Assembly: GCA_964512935.1 (NCBI GenBank)
Contig: CAZEKU010000003.1
Location: forward strand, 1 to 28,040
Direction: 5' to 3'
DNA from: an uncultured Oscillospiraceae bacterium
GTDB lineage: Bacteria; Bacillota; Clostridia; Oscillospirales; Ruminococcaceae
DNA: 28,040 nucleotides
Shown in pieces: positions 25,192 to 28,040 of this stretch (its first letter is position 1; each line of letters opens with the position of its first letter). The translations under genes were made by a program, and so were the position numbers. The notes below the pieces were generated by a model. It did no database searches. It was not told the DNA's origin and saw only the letters and a program-made list of their open reading frames with translations.

Positions 25192-26214
25192 TTGGCATAC
25201 AAAATTGGCAAGCAGACAATCATCATCGACCATGATGTGGGCATACTTTCCTCTGCGGCAGTTGGTTCTGAAAAGGAAAAAAACGGCCCTTTGGGAAAAT
25301 ATTTCGATATTATCAACACCGATTCGAGATTCGGTGAAAAAACCTGGGAAAAAGCCGAAAGCAGAATGCAGGAGCTTGCTTTTCAAAAAGCTCTTGAAAA
25401 ATCAAACCTTTCCCTAAGCGATATTGATTTCATCTTTTCCGGAGATCTTTTAAATCAATGCACAGCCTCCGCTTTCGGTGCAAGAGGAAAGGGCGTGCCC
25501 TTTATCGGTCTTTACGGAGCCTGCTCAACCTTTGCGGAGGGACTCGGCCTTTCGGCGGTTTTCACCTGTTCCTGTGCAAAAAACTGCGTTGCAATGGCCT
25601 CCTCGCATTTTTGTTCCGCAGAAAGGCAATATCGCTTTCCCCTTGAATATGGTGGACAGCGTCCTCCTTCCTCACAATGGACTGCAACCGCAGCCGGCGC
25701 CGCCCTTGTTTCAAAAGATTCTTCCGCTCCTTTTATAAAAGCGGTCACCTTCGGTACCGTTGAGGATCTCGGAATAAACGATCAAAATAATATGGGTGCC
25801 GCTATGGCACCTGCTGCTGCGGCAACCCTTTCGCAGTTTTTCAAGGATACCTATACCGACCCCTCGGATTATGACCTTATTCTCACTGGTGACCTCGGTT
25901 ATGTAGGTGCAAACCTCATGGAAAAACTCATGAAAAAGGAGGGCTTTTCTCTCGGAGATAATTATAACGATTGCGGACTTATGCTTTATGACCGTGAAAA
26001 ACAGCAGGTTGAATCCGGTGCATCGGGATGTGGCTGCTCCGCCTCGGTAATTTGCGGAAATATAATTCCTCTTTTGCAAAAAGGTAAGCTAAAAAGCGTG
26101 CTCGCACTTTCAACCGGTGCACTTATGAGCCCTACAAGCATACAGCAGGGCGAAACCATTCCCGGTGTTGCACATTTGGTTTGCTTTTCAAACGAAAAAG
26201 GGGGTATTTTTTAA
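25192..26214 (+). CDS. spoVAD: Stage V sporulation protein AD
   Basis: GPLGKYFD, WEKAES, GDLLNQC, GLYGACST, SSHFCSAERQYRFPLEYGGQRPP, SGASGCGCSA; TTG at 25192 after GAGGTG (alternative GTG at 25183). Confidence 0.96.
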   Translation: MAYKIGKQTIIIDHDVGILSSAAVGSEKEKNGPLGKYFDIINTDSRFGEKTWEKAESRMQELAFQKALEKSNLSLSDIDFIFSGDLLNQCTASAFGARGKGVPFIGLYGACSTFAEGLGLSAVFTCSCAKNCVAMASSHFCSAERQYRFPLEYGGQRPPSSQWTATAAGAALVSKDSSAPFIKAVTFGTVEDLGINDQNNMGAAMAPAAAATLSQFFKDTYTDPSDYDLILTGDLGYVGANLMEKLMKKEGFSLGDNYNDCGLMLYDREKQQVESGASGCGCSASVICGNIIPLLQKGKLKSVLALSTGALMSPTSIQQGETIPGVAHLVCFSNEKGGIF

Positions 26215-26215
26215 G

Positions 26216-26569
26216 ATGGAATATCTTAAAGCCTTTATTGTAGGCGGAATTTTTTGCGCAATAGGTCAAATTTTCATCGACAAAACAAAGCTTACCCCTG
26301 CAAGAATTTTGGTGGGATTTGTTGTGGCGGGAGTTTTCCTTTCGGCAATCGGAATTTATGAGCCCCTTGTGGATTTTGCCGGAGCAGGTGCAACCGTACC
26401 CCTTTCGGGATTTGGGCATACCCTTGCTCAAGGTGTCAGAAAAGCTGTTGCCGACCGAGGTATTCTCGGTGCATTTACGGGAGGACTTTCCGCAACAGCA
26501 GGTGGCATAACCGCCGCAATTGTTTTCGGCGTTATTATTGCTCTTTTATTCAAACCGAAAGATAAATAA
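26216..26569 (+). CDS. spoVAE: Stage V sporulation protein AE (SpoVAEb-type)
   Basis: YLKAFIVGGIFCAIGQIFIDKTKLTPARILV...GAGATVPLSGFGHTL...FKPK; RBS AGGGGG. Confidence 0.95.
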   Translation: MEYLKAFIVGGIFCAIGQIFIDKTKLTPARILVGFVVAGVFLSAIGIYEPLVDFAGAGATVPLSGFGHTLAQGVRKAVADRGILGAFTGGLSATAGGITAAIVFGVIIALLFKPKDK

Positions 26570-26602
26570 AAAAAGACGCCTTCACCGAAAGGTGAAGGCG
26601 TC
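26568..26602 (-). terminator. Intrinsic terminator of rpsT (probably also serves spoVAE)
   Basis: Perfect 12-bp stem GACGCCTTCACC-GAAA-GGTGAAGGCGTC; the A7 run on the plus strand gives a U-tract on the minus strand. Confidence 0.88.
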
Positions 26603-26623
26603 AATTTATAGACTTACAAAAAA

Positions 26624-26887
26624 TCAAACATTAGCAGCGTTGAGCTTTTTAGCAAGAGCGGATTTGCGTCTTGCTGCAGTGTTTTTATGAAGGATACCTT
26701 TTGCTGCGGCCTGGTCAACACGTTTGATTGCAAGGCGGATTGCGGCTTCTCTATCCTCAGCACCGTTAGCGCAAGCGATTTCAGCTTTTTTGATGTTGGT
26801 TTTAAGGTTGGTTTTGATTGCTTTGTTGCGAGCGGTTTTGGTTGCGATAACCTTAACTCTCTTTTTTGCAGATTTAATATTCGGCAT
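26624..26887 (-). CDS. rpsT: 30S ribosomal protein S20
   Basis: MPNIKSAKKRVK...DQAAAKGILHKNTAARRKSAL; RBS AGGAGG. Confidence 0.98.
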   Translation of the reverse strand: MPNIKSAKKRVKVIATKTARNKAIKTNLKTNIKKAEIACANGAEDREAAIRLAIKRVDQAAAKGILHKNTAARRKSALAKKLNAANV

Positions 26888-26930
26888 GTACTACACCTCC
26901 TTCGTTTATCGGATACATTCACAAATAATC

Positions 26931-26959
26931 ATCTTACACGAAAATATCCGTTCTGTCAA
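26931..26959 (-). promoter_or_regulatory. Sigma-A promoter of rpsT
   Basis: TTGACA-17-TAAGAT. Confidence 0.75.
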
Positions 26960-27078
26960 GGGTTTTTGCCTTCATAATCACAAAAAATATTTATGAATAG
27001 ACAAAACTAAGCCGGGTTTGCATTAACACGGTCTGCAAAATACCGGTACTTAGTTATTATATCAAAGGAGATACCCTA

Positions 27079-27852
27079 ATGTCAACAAAAACTGACCTTG
27101 CAAAAGAAATAATTGACCGAATTTCTCCGAATTACTCAAAAAAGCGTGATTTTATTTTCAAAAACACAAAAATTTCGGAAATACTGATTGAAAATTCTGC
27201 GGAATCCGAGCTTTTTGGAAAGCCCATAGGCAAATATGTTACTGTGGAATCGGATTTTCCTCACCGCCCTTTCGAAAATTTTGATAATGAGCTTCTTGCA
27301 ATTTCAAAGGAGCTTAGCAAAATGCTCCCAAAAAGCGGAGATATTTTGGCGGTAGGCCTCGGAAATTCGTTTTTGACAGCGGATTCTCTCGGGCCTATGA
27401 CTGCAAAAATGCTTTTTTGCGGAGATTTTTTCGGAAGAAAGCTTTTATCGCTGATTCCGGGTGTTTTAGGCAGAACGGGAATTGAGCCTCGAATTTTAAT
27501 TTCCGCCGCAGTTGAAAAGCTTTCTCCGAAAGCGGTTATTCTCATAGATTCCCTTGTTTCGGAAAATATTGAAAATGTTTGCAAAACAATTCAGCTTTGC
27601 AACAGCGGAATTTCACCCGGTTCGGGAATATTCGCTGAAAAAGATCCCATAAATGAAACCACCCTCGGCGTTCCCGTTATTGCAATCGGAACGCCCACCG
27701 TTACAAGACTTTCAGAGGGCGAATTTGCCTTTGTTTCACCTAATGACATTGATATACTCATAAAGCGTTCCGCAAGGCTTGTTGCGGCTGCAATAAGCCT
27801 TGGCGTATTCCCCGAAGCAGGAAGTTCCTTTATTAAAGGTATTATGATATAA
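27079..27852 (+). CDS. gpr: Germination protease GPR (compact form)
   Basis: KTDLAKE, VGLGN...TADSLGP, PGVLGRTGIE, IDSL, TIQL-NSGISPGSG, LGVPVIAIGTPTV; divergent from rpsT as in other Firmicutes. Confidence 0.88.
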   Translation: MSTKTDLAKEIIDRISPNYSKKRDFIFKNTKISEILIENSAESELFGKPIGKYVTVESDFPHRPFENFDNELLAISKELSKMLPKSGDILAVGLGNSFLTADSLGPMTAKMLFCGDFFGRKLLSLIPGVLGRTGIEPRILISAAVEKLSPKAVILIDSLVSENIENVCKTIQLCNSGISPGSGIFAEKDPINETTLGVPVIAIGTPTVTRLSEGEFAFVSPNDIDILIKRSARLVAAAISLGVFPEAGSSFIKGIMI

Positions 27853-27905
27853 AGGCAGGGCTTTATTTTTCAAAATTCCATAGCAAAATAATTTATATTT
27901 TCCCC

Positions 27906-27934
27906 TTGACAAAGCCCTTTTTAACCGTTATAAT
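27906..27934 (+). promoter_or_regulatory. Consensus sigma-A promoter for the next operon
   Basis: TTGACA-17-TATAAT. Confidence 0.88.
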
Positions 27935-27940
27935 ATTTAG

Positions 27941-28040
27941 GACAAAGAAGCAGAACGAACCGTTCTCGCCGTCCCATCTAAGAATGAGGTCGGCAAAGAT
28001 TTAAGAAAAGCCTACGGATTTTTTCCATAAGGCTGTTCTT
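27941..28040 (+). ncRNA. Probable ribosomal protein L20 leader (infC-rpmI-rplT 5' UTR), possibly truncated by the window edge
   Basis: Short AGAACG/CGTTCT hairpin followed by CGCC, a GCCG/CGGC hairpin, an A-rich linker, and a 3' hairpin whose ACGG can alternatively pair with CCGT. This layout matches my recollection of Firmicute L20 leaders. Confidence 0.58.

Noticed and set aside
24739-26569. Absence of spoVAA, spoVAB and spoVAF
   Set aside because: The three-gene spoVAC-AD-AE set is the normal clostridial arrangement.
26990-27070. Sigma-F/G promoter expected upstream of gpr
   Set aside because: No -35/-10 pair with acceptable spacing could be identified by eye.

Overview
Chromosomal window from a spore-forming Clostridia-type bacterium (Oscillospiraceae-like; inferred from gene content). 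Core genes in order: lepA (5'-truncated), dGTPase-dnaG-rpoD, a convergent BofC-C-domain gene, PBP1A, addB-addA; then spoIIP plus a small membrane protein, blaI with an M56-M23 fusion, two half-size TauE/SafE genes, spoVAC-spoVAD-spoVAE, rpsT, gpr, and a sigma-A promoter with a probable L20 leader at the right edge. Two signals stand out. (1) A 5.1 kb terminator-bounded accessory module between addA and spoIIP: SnoaL/NTF2-like enzyme, esterase, frameshifted membrane protein, DASS transporter with non-canonical motifs, and TetR. Its 620 bp divergent control region holds four copies of the palindrome GCTACC-NN-GGTA, each just downstream of a predicted promoter. (2) The motif SSGTGCTCAW occurs 27 times by manual count, on both strands and in several reading frames, with 17 copies inside addAB; this suggests DNA-level selection such as an uptake, Chi or methylation-linked signal. 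No mobile elements, CRISPR arrays, tRNAs or rRNAs were seen. All counts and alignments were done by eye and no database searches were run.
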